A stretch of 64,000 bases of DNA, from positions 96,001 through 160,000 of IMG/VR virus record IMGVR_UViG_3300028887_000070. One strand, given 5' to 3'. Under the pieces are notes generated by a model. That model had not been told where the DNA came from, searched no databases, and was given only the letters and a program-made list of their open reading frames with translations. Each line of letters opens with the position of its first letter. The first letter of the stretch is position 1. This stretch comes from a virus. Taxonomy: Duplodnaviria; Caudoviricetes. The position numbers were made by a program, and so were the translations under genes. Below, piece by piece: positions 1 to 10,125 of the stretch.

Positions 1-1868
1 TCCATAGGAACTTCTACTGTCTCTTCCTCGTCATCAGGCACATTAGGCTCTGACTCACCCTCTCCTGTTACAGTCTCCTGAAGTTTCTCTTCGATAAGCT
101 TAGGGATATGCTTAAAGAGCGCAGGAATGATCCTCTTGACTGTCTCCTTGATAAGTTCGTCTTTATCAGACTCTTCAAGAATGCATTCACGAACGGATAT
201 ATCCTTGATAGCGTTCTCGAGTCCCATAAGTCTGTCTTTGAACTCACCAATTATAACAGTAACGTTATGATCGATTCCTTCAATTGACTCTCTCATACTC
301 TTTGAATCTACCTCGATAGCAGAGAAGTTCTCATTGATCTTCGTTGCATCTCCAGTATATTCATCATTTATAGCTTTCAGACCAGTTGTAAGGTTGTCAA
401 CCTTTTCGCTGATAGTGTTAACTGTTCCCTCAAGCTCGTTGATCTTGTTATAGATTGAGGTAGCAAACTTGTCAAACTCATCACGAGTGATGTAGTCATC
501 CTCATTGTCTTCGTTATTATCGTCCTCATCTAAACCTTCAAGCTCTCCCTTATAACTATCAGCAAGAACTTCAGCAGTATCCGAATAGGAGTTGAGTACT
601 GCGGTGTCATCGAAAGACGATGTCTCTTCGATAACTTCTCCTTCGAAATGTTCTACAGGAGTTGTCTCGTCTTCTTCAACGTCAATAACTTCTTCCTCTT
701 TTTCAACTTCATCTTCATCGTCTTCTGCCATCACTCTAAGACCTGAAGAGAAGTTGTTGCTGTCAGATGCGAATGCTGTAAGTTTATTCATAGACTCAAT
801 GAACTGATCTACTCCTTCTTCGGCTGCTGTAGGAGCTTCTATAGGACCGCTTATCACTGGAGGTGTGATACTCTCTGGTGCTGCTTTGGGAGCATGCTCC
901 ATATCGATAAAGCTTGATGCTCTGCTAGGTGTAACTACCTGCTTAGTTTTCTGACTTACTCCGTCGATGATTACATCATCTGTGTCAAAGATAATTTCGA
1001 TGCTCATATTACTTAACTCTCCTTTTCTGTTTGAGCCACCCTTTACATAGGTGGTGTTACGGTTGATTGTGGTTGCGTTTGTAGCCATAAGGCTTTTGAT
1101 CTCGTATTTCTGTCCGCAGACAGTACATTCCATCTTATTGAACCCGAGATCGAAGTCGATAAGACCATTACATGGCATCTCTATACCATGTCTTTTAATC
1201 CTCTTAGTACAATAGCACTTCTTAGGATCAAGGATAACTACTGATGGGAAGTCACATAAGATTGGGCCGAAGTTTCTTCTGATAACCCACTGCTTAGGAG
1301 TTGCGATTCCCACATCAGTCATAGCAATCTTTCTTCTTCTGAAGACTATATCAAGAATGTCGAAGATCTGATCACCATAGTCTACTATACTATCCTTATC
1401 TACTCTAATACCAACTTCATCCAAAGCTATTGCCCCAGACTGGGTAATGTCGTAGACCTTAGTACAGTATGGCTTCAGAACGTGCTGGACATTGAACTCG
1501 TCCTTGTTGTTCTTAAAGCCTTCGAATGAGGTGCTTATCTTAGCACCAAACTGAGGGAACTCTATAGATGAATAGAACCTACGATTGGTTCCACCTATCT
1601 CAGTCTTGAACCCTCTGCTTGCCATAAACTCGTCCAGAAGATGATACTTCTCTATTGGGTGAGTAGTTAGAGTTGGTGAGACAGCTACGTCCTCGACGAA
1701 CTTAACGTCTTGAGGAGTGAACCATCTCGTCAGTGGTGGACTCTGCCAAGAATCATACCAACGTATCATTTGATCGTCGATAGTCATCTCTGGATTGAAT
1801 CCGTGCACTTCTTTGTACTTCGCTACAGGGTCGAAGTATATCTTGTCAAGATTTTTGTTAACCTTCAC
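1..1868 (-). CDS. Protein-kinase-like domain + Cys-rich Zn ribbon + acidic/coiled-coil region (3' end outside window)
   Basis: Not in the ORF track because it has no stop in the window. GTG at 1868 overlaps the upstream TAG and the frame is open to base 1. Kinase-like motifs GGTNRRFY, AKI, NNKDEF, TDVG..KQW, PILCDF; then CYC..C..CTVC; then D/E-rich and coiled-coil sequence. Internal AAAGGAG + in-frame ATG at 1007. Confidence 0.7.
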   Translation of the reverse strand, partial: MKVNKNLDKIYFDPVAKYKEVHGFNPEMTIDDQMIRWYDSWQSPPLTRWFTPQDVKFVEDVAVSPTLTTHPIEKYHLLDEFMASRGFKTEIGGTNRRFYSSIEFPQFGAKISTSFEGFKNNKDEFNVQHVLKPYCTKVYDITQSGAIALDEVGIRVDKDSIVDYGDQIFDILDIVFRRRKIAMTDVGIATPKQWVIRRNFGPILCDFPSVVILDPKKCYCTKRIKRHGIEMPCNGLIDFDLGFNKMECTVCGQKYEIKSLMATNATTINRNTTYVKGGSNRKGELSNMSIEIIFDTDDVIIDGVSQKTKQVVTPSRASSFIDMEHAPKAAPESITPPVISGPIEAPTAAEEGVDQFIESMNKLTAFASDSNNFSSGLRVMAEDDEDEVEKEEEVIDVEEDETTPVEHFEGEVIEETSSFDDTAVLNSYSDTAEVLADSYKGELEGLDEDDNNEDNEDDYITRDEFDKFATSIYNKINELEGTVNTISEKVDNLTTGLKAINDEYTGDATKINENFSAIEVDSKSMRESIEGIDHNVTVIIGEFKDRLMGLENAIKDISVRECILEESDKDELIKETVKRIIPALFKHIPKLIEEKLQETVTGEGESEPNVPDDEEETVEVPM

Positions 1869-3418
1869 TATACTTCCTCCCCCATCGCCTTGTACTGAGC
1901 CAACCTTGCATTGACATTGTACTCAGTCAACGCATCTTGCTGCTCTGGTGTCAGTTGCGCTGTTAGATCCTTTGTTGGATCAAACAGAGGCTTACCATAC
2001 ATGTCTCTAATCACTCCATTGGCGTCAGGAGCGATAGGAGCTGTACCTACAATTGGAGGGCATGGTTCTGTATCTCTTTCAGGTGGATTATAATCTACCC
2101 TCATATCACCAGTTCTAAGCTTCTCCAAGAATGCTCTCTTTCGCATTTCGTAGTTGACTTTCAGTTTGTTAGTCAGATACTGTTCGACCTGAGGGCCATT
2201 GAACAACTCTGGGTGGTTCTGATAGTCATAGGCGAGTTTCACGTCTCTTCTATCTCCGAGATGAGTCGGAAGAGTGTTCATGTCGAATCGAATGTTCGGA
2301 TCAATGCCACTCATATAGAAGCTCTGCGTATACTCCTTAGGACTCATATAGCAACCCGCCTTCCAACGAGTCATATGTCTCTTATAGTCCTTAAGATAGT
2401 ACGTATTGTACACCCACTTCATATATGGATCATCAACCCCAAGTTCCATCTTACTCTTGTATGTCGATGCCAACGCTTCTGCAGGTGGAGCGCAAACTAC
2501 ATCAAAGATGTACTGAGCTCTTTGTTGTTCATAAGCTGCTCTATAACAGTTATCGTAGAAGTGAAGTCTAGACTGATACTCTGCTACATCATAAGACTTA
2601 GTATACACTATCTTGTGCTTACCTGTCTCAGGATCATTTGGCTGAGTCATGAGTCTCTCCTCACCATCTTCCATAACGGCTACTACACTAACTCCAGACT
2701 CTTCAACTCTCTGGAAGTTCTCATCATACGTATAGCCCATGAAAGAATGGTCTGCTTCATATCTCTTCTTCTGAAGATCTTCTGGAGAAGGATACATCTG
2801 TCTCATCATTTCGTCTACCTGCTTAGTCCAATCTTCAACGGACACATTCTCAGGTCTACCCCACATGAGGGTACCTCTCCAATAGTTCTTTTCTGTCTCT
2901 ATACGAGCTTCTTGAGCCTTTCTGATTTCTTCAGCTTGCTCTTGGTTCATCATAGGAGCTCCATAGATTCCACCCATGCCAAACATTGCTGCTCCATAAC
3001 CCTGTTGTGGTTGAGAATAGCAAGATCCTCCCAACGGATTGTATGCAGTAGCTGCAGCATTGATGATTGGGTTTCTGTTCACAATCGGCATCGTCTGAGT
3101 CTGACTAGCCATATTGCTCTGCTGTCTTGCTATCTTCTGCCAAGTAGTAGAGTTTACTCCATCATCGCTAGATACACAAGACATTCCTTCTTCTAACTCA
3201 TTCAGACCATCGAATGAGAAGTCGACTGCTTCCTGTGCTGTAGGAAGCGTTTTAGAGCCAGACAATTCACTATTCACATATGCCTGACTGTTTCTTAATA
3301 ATCTCTCCTTTCTCTCCGCTCTTCTTTTCTTATGCTCTTCTAGCATAGATAATGCGTCTGGTGGCGGAGTTGGTGTAGTGGTTGTTGTTCCTCGTTTCAA
3401 TTTGTTGAGTGAAGCCAT
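1868..3418 (-). CDS. Hypothetical protein with Q/M/Y-rich low-complexity segments
   Basis: Long ORF; start moved to ATG 3418, which follows AAAGGA; early-type promoter at 3505-3514. Confidence 0.8.
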   Translation of the reverse strand: MASLNKLKRGTTTTTPTPPPDALSMLEEHKKRRAERKERLLRNSQAYVNSELSGSKTLPTAQEAVDFSFDGLNELEEGMSCVSSDDGVNSTTWQKIARQQSNMASQTQTMPIVNRNPIINAAATAYNPLGGSCYSQPQQGYGAAMFGMGGIYGAPMMNQEQAEEIRKAQEARIETEKNYWRGTLMWGRPENVSVEDWTKQVDEMMRQMYPSPEDLQKKRYEADHSFMGYTYDENFQRVEESGVSVVAVMEDGEERLMTQPNDPETGKHKIVYTKSYDVAEYQSRLHFYDNCYRAAYEQQRAQYIFDVVCAPPAEALASTYKSKMELGVDDPYMKWVYNTYYLKDYKRHMTRWKAGCYMSPKEYTQSFYMSGIDPNIRFDMNTLPTHLGDRRDVKLAYDYQNHPELFNGPQVEQYLTNKLKVNYEMRKRAFLEKLRTGDMRVDYNPPERDTEPCPPIVGTAPIAPDANGVIRDMYGKPLFDPTKDLTAQLTPEQQDALTEYNVNARLAQYKAMGEEV

Positions 3419-3584
3419 TTGATCATTCCTTTCTCGTAATGAGATGTCGAGAGTATAGTAAGGTTGTGCCATTGGCCATTTGTCGCAACCCTATACTCGC
3501 TCTTATAATATATAACTTACACTTTGTTTGCGATAACTACTTAGTAACAAAGCCTGGATGGGCATGATTAGAAAGCGAGTGTGA

Positions 3585-4307
3585 ATGCACATGGAAAAGT
3601 TAAGAGATATGATGATGGACTCTATCGCCCCGTTTCATAAGAAGCGGTCTCGTTATGAGAGTGGCGGAAGAGGTGTTCCATCGGTAACAGAGATCCTCGG
3701 TTATATAGATAACCAGGGTCTGATTGATTGGGCGAATGCCATTGGCCGAAGAGGTCAGAACAACAAAGATGTAGCAGCGAAGGCTGCTAGATATGGAACA
3801 GCTACTCATTCAGCTATAGAGAACTACTTGAAGGAGGGTTACGATACAGGATTCCTTGATAACTCCTCGTTCAAAGCTTTCCTTAAGTGGTGGAACGGAA
3901 TCAATAGCTGTCACAAGGTAGTAATTTTAGGACAGGAAGAAGCTCTAGTAACTGAGCTCTTTGCTGGCACGTATGATCTGCTTGTCTCTATAGATGGAAA
4001 GATCTATATGATCGACTTCAAGACAAGCAATCACGTAAACTATAAGTACTTCATGCAGCTGGCTGCCTACAGATATCTGATATACAGACTCAAAGGTATC
4101 AGCATTGATGGAGTAATCATTCTTCAACTGGGTAAAGGTCCAAATGCAGGGTTCACAGAGTTCCCTCTGGACTTCAATATACCAGAACACTACAACTTCA
4201 TAGAGAATTGCATGAATGCCTTTGTGGGAGCTCTCTATACATATCATAACGCAGAGCCTCTAAAGGATCAGTTCAAAGATGTATTCTATGAGCTAAACAA
4301 AAAATAA
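3585..4307 (+). CDS. PD-(D/E)XK exonuclease (RecB/Cas4-like fold)
   Basis: PSVTEIL, GT.TH, AGTYDLL...IDFKTS, QLAAY motifs. Confidence 0.85.
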   Translation: MHMEKLRDMMMDSIAPFHKKRSRYESGGRGVPSVTEILGYIDNQGLIDWANAIGRRGQNNKDVAAKAARYGTATHSAIENYLKEGYDTGFLDNSSFKAFLKWWNGINSCHKVVILGQEEALVTELFAGTYDLLVSIDGKIYMIDFKTSNHVNYKYFMQLAAYRYLIYRLKGISIDGVIILQLGKGPNAGFTEFPLDFNIPEHYNFIENCMNAFVGALYTYHNAEPLKDQFKDVFYELNKK

Positions 4308-4337
4308 GGGTGGGGAGTCAATCGACTCCCCATACTC

Positions 4338-5717
4338 TTACGTCCATTCTGCATCTGATATCATCTGGTTATCAACAAGCAGTTTCTTAAGCTGTCTCTT
4401 GATCTGACCATATGATCTAGTCTTCGCAGGATCATACTCAACACCAATAGCACAGCACATTGCCTGATATCTATCGATGCCGTTTCTCTCAGCATCTTGA
4501 TATGCATTGTATGCTGCAGCTGCAAGGTTGACGTCATAAATGACTTTCTCACTGTTGCTCTTAAGATGTTCAATCTCCTTCTTCATAGCTTCGATTGTAG
4601 CCTTGTGTCTCTCATCAGCAGCTTTGAAGTTATCAACTACTTGCTTAGACTTTTCCAAAGCTTCGTTTTGTGTACTGATAATAGATTCAAGCTTAGCAAT
4701 CGTACCTTCAAGCTCCTTGATCTTCTTATTATAGTCTTTAGGAAGATCTTTCTGCTTCTCAAGAACCTGTTCGAGCTGTTCACGTGCCATTGCTTCTCCA
4801 CAAGCCTGCTCATTGAGCTTCTGATTCTCTTCGACAAGTTCATTCCTCTCCCTACGGAACTCATTCCTTTCTTTCTCAAGCTCCATATACTGATCTTGAA
4901 GTTTGTAGAGTTCTGTATTGTCTTGGTAGAGTCTGAAAGACTTTGGATCTTGTTCGTAGAGATAACTTAGAATACGGTTAACGTTGTATCCTTTCTCTAC
5001 ATATACCATTTTAAAGTCTTCCAGAAGAACCTGTTCTACTGCAGTTTGGTTCATTGTTACTGGAACTGACTCAACTGATGATATAGGGAATGTTATGATT
5101 TGTCCATGATCAAGATACGAGATCGCATTAACGTTCCTGCTCAGGACGTCTGGTGTACTAGGAATCGCACTACGACGATTTCCAGTGATACTTCCGATCA
5201 TACCAGGCTTAGAGCACAATGGGATTCCCCTAGCCAAATGGCTATCGCACCAGAGCACGAGAACGGGGCGATGAGCACCTGCTATAAGCTCGTTTTCGAT
5301 ATCGTCTTTCTCATCGAAGACACCTGAAGTGATAACTACATCTCCAGGCTGAACTAATGGTCTGTTGAACTGCTTCACCATATTTTTGTTAAGTATAAGA
5401 TTGGGTCTGTTCTTCTTACTAGAATCGACGATAGGCACTTTAACAGTCTTAGGAGTTTCGACTGTATCTAGAAGAGTGATAGCCTCAGTCTTCGGTTTCG
5501 GAGGCTCTATAACTACTGGTTCTGAAATGGGGAGCTTTGATTCAGTAGCTTCAATAATCTTGGCCTCTACAGAAGCTTCTTTCTTCGATAAATCTTCTTC
5601 GATTTGGGATTTGGTTTCTTCCACTGTCGGTGTAATAGGTGATAGTTCTTGGATCTTCTTCGAACCGATGTAAAAGGTGTTATTGCTTCGGTTCTTTTTC
5701 TTCTTACGTGATTGCAT
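4338..5717 (-). CDS. PemK/MazF-like domain fused to a long coiled coil
   Basis: QPGDVV...F...E....HRPVLVL...IPLCSK...SYLDHGQIITF matches the PemK/MazF pattern; heptad-rich C-terminal half; RBS-supported ATG at 5717. Confidence 0.6.
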   Translation of the reverse strand: MQSRKKKKNRSNNTFYIGSKKIQELSPITPTVEETKSQIEEDLSKKEASVEAKIIEATESKLPISEPVVIEPPKPKTEAITLLDTVETPKTVKVPIVDSSKKNRPNLILNKNMVKQFNRPLVQPGDVVITSGVFDEKDDIENELIAGAHRPVLVLWCDSHLARGIPLCSKPGMIGSITGNRRSAIPSTPDVLSRNVNAISYLDHGQIITFPISSVESVPVTMNQTAVEQVLLEDFKMVYVEKGYNVNRILSYLYEQDPKSFRLYQDNTELYKLQDQYMELEKERNEFRRERNELVEENQKLNEQACGEAMAREQLEQVLEKQKDLPKDYNKKIKELEGTIAKLESIISTQNEALEKSKQVVDNFKAADERHKATIEAMKKEIEHLKSNSEKVIYDVNLAAAAYNAYQDAERNGIDRYQAMCCAIGVEYDPAKTRSYGQIKRQLKKLLVDNQMISDAEWT

Positions 5718-5835
5718 ACACAATCTCCTTTCATGATAGATTAGCATAGGCGTCTATGCTTACTATAATAGTATATAACTCTATAGATACTTACCATACC
5801 CAGAACTTCTAAGTAATCGGAAAAGGAGGAGTTAC

Positions 5836-6969
5836 ATGTTCTATACTAACCCTAATGCTACCAGACCTACTTTGGTAGAGATACACACAGCAGACATTCA
5901 CTTTGGAGCTATGGATCCAAAGGTTCAATATGATCTCTTAACTAAAGGGATGCTTGACAAGCTTCAGAACGTACAGTTTGATCTGTTCTGTATCAATGGA
6001 GACTTGTTTCATCATAAGTTCATGAGCAACTCGGATGCTGTACTCTATGCATCCATGTTTGTAGATAATATCATACAGCTCTGTAAGAGAAACAGAGCTG
6101 CTCTTATAATACTTCACGGTACAGCATCGCATGATGCTAACCAATTGAAGCTCTTCTATCATTACTTAGCGGACACTACACTCGAAATGTACATCATAGA
6201 AACTGCTACATTCGTCACTACACACGGTAAGAAGATACTCTGTCTCCCAGAGGAGTACAATAAGGGTAGAGATTACTATCTAAACCTCTTAGAATGGAGT
6301 GGTTCATATGATAGTGTATGTATGCACGGTAACCTTAAGGGAGCTATCTTCGGATGTGATAAAGAAGACCTTGATACAGTGAAGAACCCTACGTTCGATA
6401 TTGATTCATTCCAGTTCTGCAAGGGTCCTATCATTGCAGGACATGTACATGTATCTGGATGCTATCAAGGTCATATGTACTACTCTGGAAGTCCTCTTAG
6501 ATGGCAGTTCGGAGAAGAAGAAACTAAGGGCTTCTTGATAGTGATACACGACCTTGACTCTACATACTACACTGTACAGATGGAAGAAGTTGTGTCATTC
6601 AAGTACAATACTATCAACCTAGATGATATGGTTAACTATGATCCTAAAGAAGTGATCAAGTATCTCACCGACTTAAAGGCAAGTGGAATAGATTTCATAA
6701 AGGTTAAGTTCACCAAGGGTGGTTCAGCAGTAGATGCTCTAAAAGCATACTATAAGATGAACAACGAGATCACTATAGACGCTTCAGACGTTCAGTTTCA
6801 AGAGACCATAAAGGAGAACCAGAAGGTGAGTGAAGAGTATGCTAAGTACTCATACATCACTGATGGTAATCTTACTCCTAATGATATCATAGTCAGGTAC
6901 ATCAATGACGAGAAGGGTTGTGCGTTCATCACTGTAGATGAGCTTATCAAGTTACTGGAAGTGGAATGA
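5836..6969 (+). CDS. sbcD: SbcD/Mre11-like nuclease
   Basis: ADIHFG, NGDLFH, HGTASHD, MHG, GHVH, YSGSP metallophosphoesterase motifs. Confidence 0.88.
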   Translation: MFYTNPNATRPTLVEIHTADIHFGAMDPKVQYDLLTKGMLDKLQNVQFDLFCINGDLFHHKFMSNSDAVLYASMFVDNIIQLCKRNRAALIILHGTASHDANQLKLFYHYLADTTLEMYIIETATFVTTHGKKILCLPEEYNKGRDYYLNLLEWSGSYDSVCMHGNLKGAIFGCDKEDLDTVKNPTFDIDSFQFCKGPIIAGHVHVSGCYQGHMYYSGSPLRWQFGEEETKGFLIVIHDLDSTYYTVQMEEVVSFKYNTINLDDMVNYDPKEVIKYLTDLKASGIDFIKVKFTKGGSAVDALKAYYKMNNEITIDASDVQFQETIKENQKVSEEYAKYSYITDGNLTPNDIIVRYINDEKGCAFITVDELIKLLEVE

Positions 6970-6998
6970 TGATGGGGACACGATGGTGATATTTGCGA

Positions 6999-7026
6999 AA
7001 ACCTTATATTATATAATATAAGGTTT
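6999..7026. repeat. Perfect 28-bp AT-rich palindrome
   Basis: AAACCTTATATTAT|ATAATATAAGGTTT. Confidence 0.95.
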
Positions 7027-7130
7027 CTGCATTTTTCACCACATCCCACACACTACTTCTAGCAGTTCGTCACTGCATAACCCTCTTCTCAAGTATATAC
7101 TATCCCTAAGTACTAAACTATCATATCAGA

Positions 7131-7142
7131 AACATACAAGTA
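7131..7142 (+). promoter_or_regulatory. Late-type promoter AACA-N6-TA (helicase)
   Basis: AACA TACAAG TA; one of 22 intergenic copies. Confidence 0.7.
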
Positions 7143-7178
7143 ATCATATGAATCCTATGATAGAGGAGGCATAACACT

Positions 7179-9299
7179 ATGCGAGTTAGAACCGCAGGCA
7201 AAGAAGTAAAACCAGTGGTCTCTGAGGTGCAGATACCTCAGAGACTTTCAATAACACTTTTAGATACAATCTGTTCCTACATGGTAACAGATAACAAGAA
7301 CATTCGTCGCAAAGGTTACACAAATATCATTATGGCGATGAATACATTAGACCTTAGCATCTATACAGACGATGCTTACTTAAGACGTTTCGACTTCATT
7401 AAGACTGCACTTACAGCCAGAGTCGAGAATGGATTGACAAATCAGGCTCTTGTAATGGACTTTATAGAGAACAACCTCGGTGATCTCTATAAGGATATTG
7501 AACTCAAAGAGCTCAACAACAAAGAGATTGACTACATCAACAACACTGTTTCAAACATGCTTGACAATGTGGTCTTCGCACGTAATATCATGTCCTTTGA
7601 GACTGTTGCTCAAAGGTTTAAAGAAGCTAGTCCTAACCAGAAACCTGCTATAATAGAAGAATGGAAAGGACTTGTAAACGACAGCAAGAATGCTATTCGT
7701 CGTCATCGTATAGAGAAGACGGATGAGCAGATGTATTGTCTGCAAGAAGGTATATTTGAAGATTATGTAATGTATACTCATGCAGACCTATCTAGTCCAG
7801 GCAACAAACTTGCAACTGGAATGGTTGGACTTAATATACTTCTAGCAGGAGGCTTTCAGTCTGACAGAACTTACTGTGTCTTTGGTCTCCAAGGTGAAGG
7901 TAAGTCATCAACCTTAGTTAACTTAGCATATCAGATCAAGATGTATAATAGGACTTACAAGTGTAAGGATCCTACGAAGACACCTTGTGTAGTATATCTG
8001 ACCATGGAAGACCATCCTAAGGAAACTCTGTCCCGTCAATTCTCGATGGTAACAGAGCAGGGTAGTCTTATAGAACACGATGTAAACGAGTCTATTCAAC
8101 TTATGAGACAGGGTGGTCTTGCGGTAACTCCAGACAACCCTATAGACATCGTAGTTAAGTATAAGCCTAATGAGTCTGTAGATACTTCATATATCTACGA
8201 CTTAGTAGATGATCTTGAAGAAGCAGGATACGAAGTTATCTGCGTCATTCTGGACTATCTTAACAGAATACGTTCAGTTAACAGATTTACTGCATCTGAA
8301 GAGAGACTTAGACTTGGCGCTGTAACTAATGAGCTCAAGACAATAGCAACCGAGCTTCACATTCCAGTTCTCACAGCAGCTCAGTTCAACAGAAGTGCAA
8401 ACAGAAACATAGATGAAGCTAGAGAGAACGGAATAGATGATCTTGTAGATCTTCTTGGAAGAGACAATATAGCTGAGTCTATGAAGATACTTGATAACCT
8501 TGACGCGGCATTTATGATAGTGCCAGAGTTCGACATCAATCATCGCAAGTATCTTGGTATCAAGCTCGCTAAGAACAGATACCAGGCTGACTTAGAGTCA
8601 CCTCTTATCAACACAAAGCGTAGATGTATTCATCATCCTTACACAAACAACTTCTCTATGCGTCTTATGGAAGACGTAGGCTTACCTGAGCCTGTACACA
8701 AGAAGACACTTGTAGAGATGAACATGGGTGATGATGAAGGAGGCATTATGGTGGATGATGACACTGTGATACCAGATAACTCTAATAGGTTCAACTCAGC
8801 AGTTGCTGAGACAACTAAGAAGAACCTTCTCAAAGAAGCAGATATTGAGAGTAAGAGCAAGACGACCGTTATAGGTGGAACTGTCATGCCAAATCTCGAT
8901 AAGATGACTGAAGATGAGAAGAGCAAGTATAAGAAGAAGACATCAAAGAGTAAGAGTGCAACTAAGTGCACTCTCACACCTGATAGATATTCGTACTTAT
9001 ACACATTGTTACACGATCCTTTGGGTTCAATCCACCAGAGGTTTGTAGATGACTTCAATAAGGAGTTCAAGACAAACTATGGCATAGAGATGTACCCATA
9101 TATAGCTAGTACTAGAGAGATCATCCGTCTTAGTAAGATAGAAGGTTCTCAGTACGAAGATATAAAGTGTAAGAAGGGTGAGCTATATGCACCACTCTTC
9201 AGAGTAATAGAACGGAGAAATCTGTTCGAAGTTATGACTCCACAAGAGTATGAAGCCTCACGTAGCAGAGGCGGACTGGTTGTAGGAGTCAATAAATGA
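7179..9299 (+). CDS. dnaB: DnaB-like (SF4) replicative helicase
   Basis: Walker A GLQGEGKS, YLTMED, VILDYL, LK.IA.EL.IPV.TAAQFNR, AKNR. Confidence 0.88.
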   Translation: MRVRTAGKEVKPVVSEVQIPQRLSITLLDTICSYMVTDNKNIRRKGYTNIIMAMNTLDLSIYTDDAYLRRFDFIKTALTARVENGLTNQALVMDFIENNLGDLYKDIELKELNNKEIDYINNTVSNMLDNVVFARNIMSFETVAQRFKEASPNQKPAIIEEWKGLVNDSKNAIRRHRIEKTDEQMYCLQEGIFEDYVMYTHADLSSPGNKLATGMVGLNILLAGGFQSDRTYCVFGLQGEGKSSTLVNLAYQIKMYNRTYKCKDPTKTPCVVYLTMEDHPKETLSRQFSMVTEQGSLIEHDVNESIQLMRQGGLAVTPDNPIDIVVKYKPNESVDTSYIYDLVDDLEEAGYEVICVILDYLNRIRSVNRFTASEERLRLGAVTNELKTIATELHIPVLTAAQFNRSANRNIDEARENGIDDLVDLLGRDNIAESMKILDNLDAAFMIVPEFDINHRKYLGIKLAKNRYQADLESPLINTKRRCIHHPYTNNFSMRLMEDVGLPEPVHKKTLVEMNMGDDEGGIMVDDDTVIPDNSNRFNSAVAETTKKNLLKEADIESKSKTTVIGGTVMPNLDKMTEDEKSKYKKKTSKSKSATKCTLTPDRYSYLYTLLHDPLGSIHQRFVDDFNKEFKTNYGIEMYPYIASTREIIRLSKIEGSQYEDIKCKKGELYAPLFRVIERRNLFEVMTPQEYEASRSRGGLVVGVNK

Positions 9300-9722
9300 C
9301 TTCTCGGAGCCATTGATACTACTGAGTGCTTGTGACATTTGAGACTTTGAGATAAGACGAACTTCTCTGAAGTTGAAGTCTTTGACAGACCAAATGTCAT
9401 TGAGCCACAGTATAATGTAATAGAGCTCTCCGTTTCCATAGAGGAAATCGGCTAAGAGCTTAGGTCTAAAGCGATATCTGAGATACTCTTGTTCAGATAA
9501 CGTGACCTTAGTAGACATATCTTTCAGATTCTGTATGTAGTCTGACATGACATTGTATACATCGAACTCGATGTGATGTGCTGTATCAGGCTCTAACAGA
9601 GAAAGATAGTAGTATGACAACTGTCCAGATGGCTTAGCATTGACAAAGTCATCCAGAGTACAGGTTCTTGAAGGAACCTGTTGTGCAGAGTTGACGTAGG
9701 TAGATGAGTTATTATACTTCAT
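9258..9722 (-). CDS. Baseplate wedge protein (T4 gp53/LysM-like)
   Basis: RPKLLADFLYGNGELYYIILWLNDI motif. Confidence 0.65.
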   Translation of the reverse strand: MKYNNSSTYVNSAQQVPSRTCTLDDFVNAKPSGQLSYYYLSLLEPDTAHHIEFDVYNVMSDYIQNLKDMSTKVTLSEQEYLRYRFRPKLLADFLYGNGELYYIILWLNDIWSVKDFNFREVRLISKSQMSQALSSINGSEKSFIDSYNQSASAT

Positions 9723-10066
9723 TCATAACACCTCCCGATGATCTGTACATTGTTTATATTACCGCCTACGAACGCGACTAAGAACTTAGTACCCTTAGGG
9801 ATGAACTTGTCCTCATAGGCAAGCATGATCTCTCTAGGTATCTTAAGATCTAGCGTGATTTCACTAGTCATCTTACTAGTGGACAACCAAGTAAGGTCTT
9901 TGTTCATGATGTAAGATCTATTAACTACTACAGTCCTACCAACTTCCGTTTCGAAAGGTACTAATGCCTTAATATAGAATGGATGCTTGACTGTAGGGTT
10001 TTCATACTTGTTTACTTCTTCGTATAGGATAGCTTCCTGTACGTAGTTGTACTCCGAGTATTTCAT
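9719..10066 (-). CDS. Hypothetical protein, possibly baseplate-associated
   Basis: RBS GGAGG; late-type promoter at 10088-10099; coupled to the gp53-like gene. Confidence 0.65.
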   Translation of the reverse strand: MKYSEYNYVQEAILYEEVNKYENPTVKHPFYIKALVPFETEVGRTVVVNRSYIMNKDLTWLSTSKMTSEITLDLKIPREIMLAYEDKFIPKGTKFLVAFVGGNINNVQIIGRCYE

Positions 10067-10125
10067 TCAATCACCTCCAGAATAACTTATTAGATGGTTC
10101 TGGAGTACAATAAGGAGGAACCTAT

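Noticed and set aside
2213-3196. Long antisense ORFs (also 19292-20023, 30976-31593, 24832-25422, 57344-57910)
   Set aside because: Shadows of well-supported genes caused by codon bias; no RBS
3585-4307. Cas4 of a CRISPR system
   Set aside because: No Fe-S cysteine cluster and no cas neighbours; an ordinary phage PD-(D/E)XK nuclease
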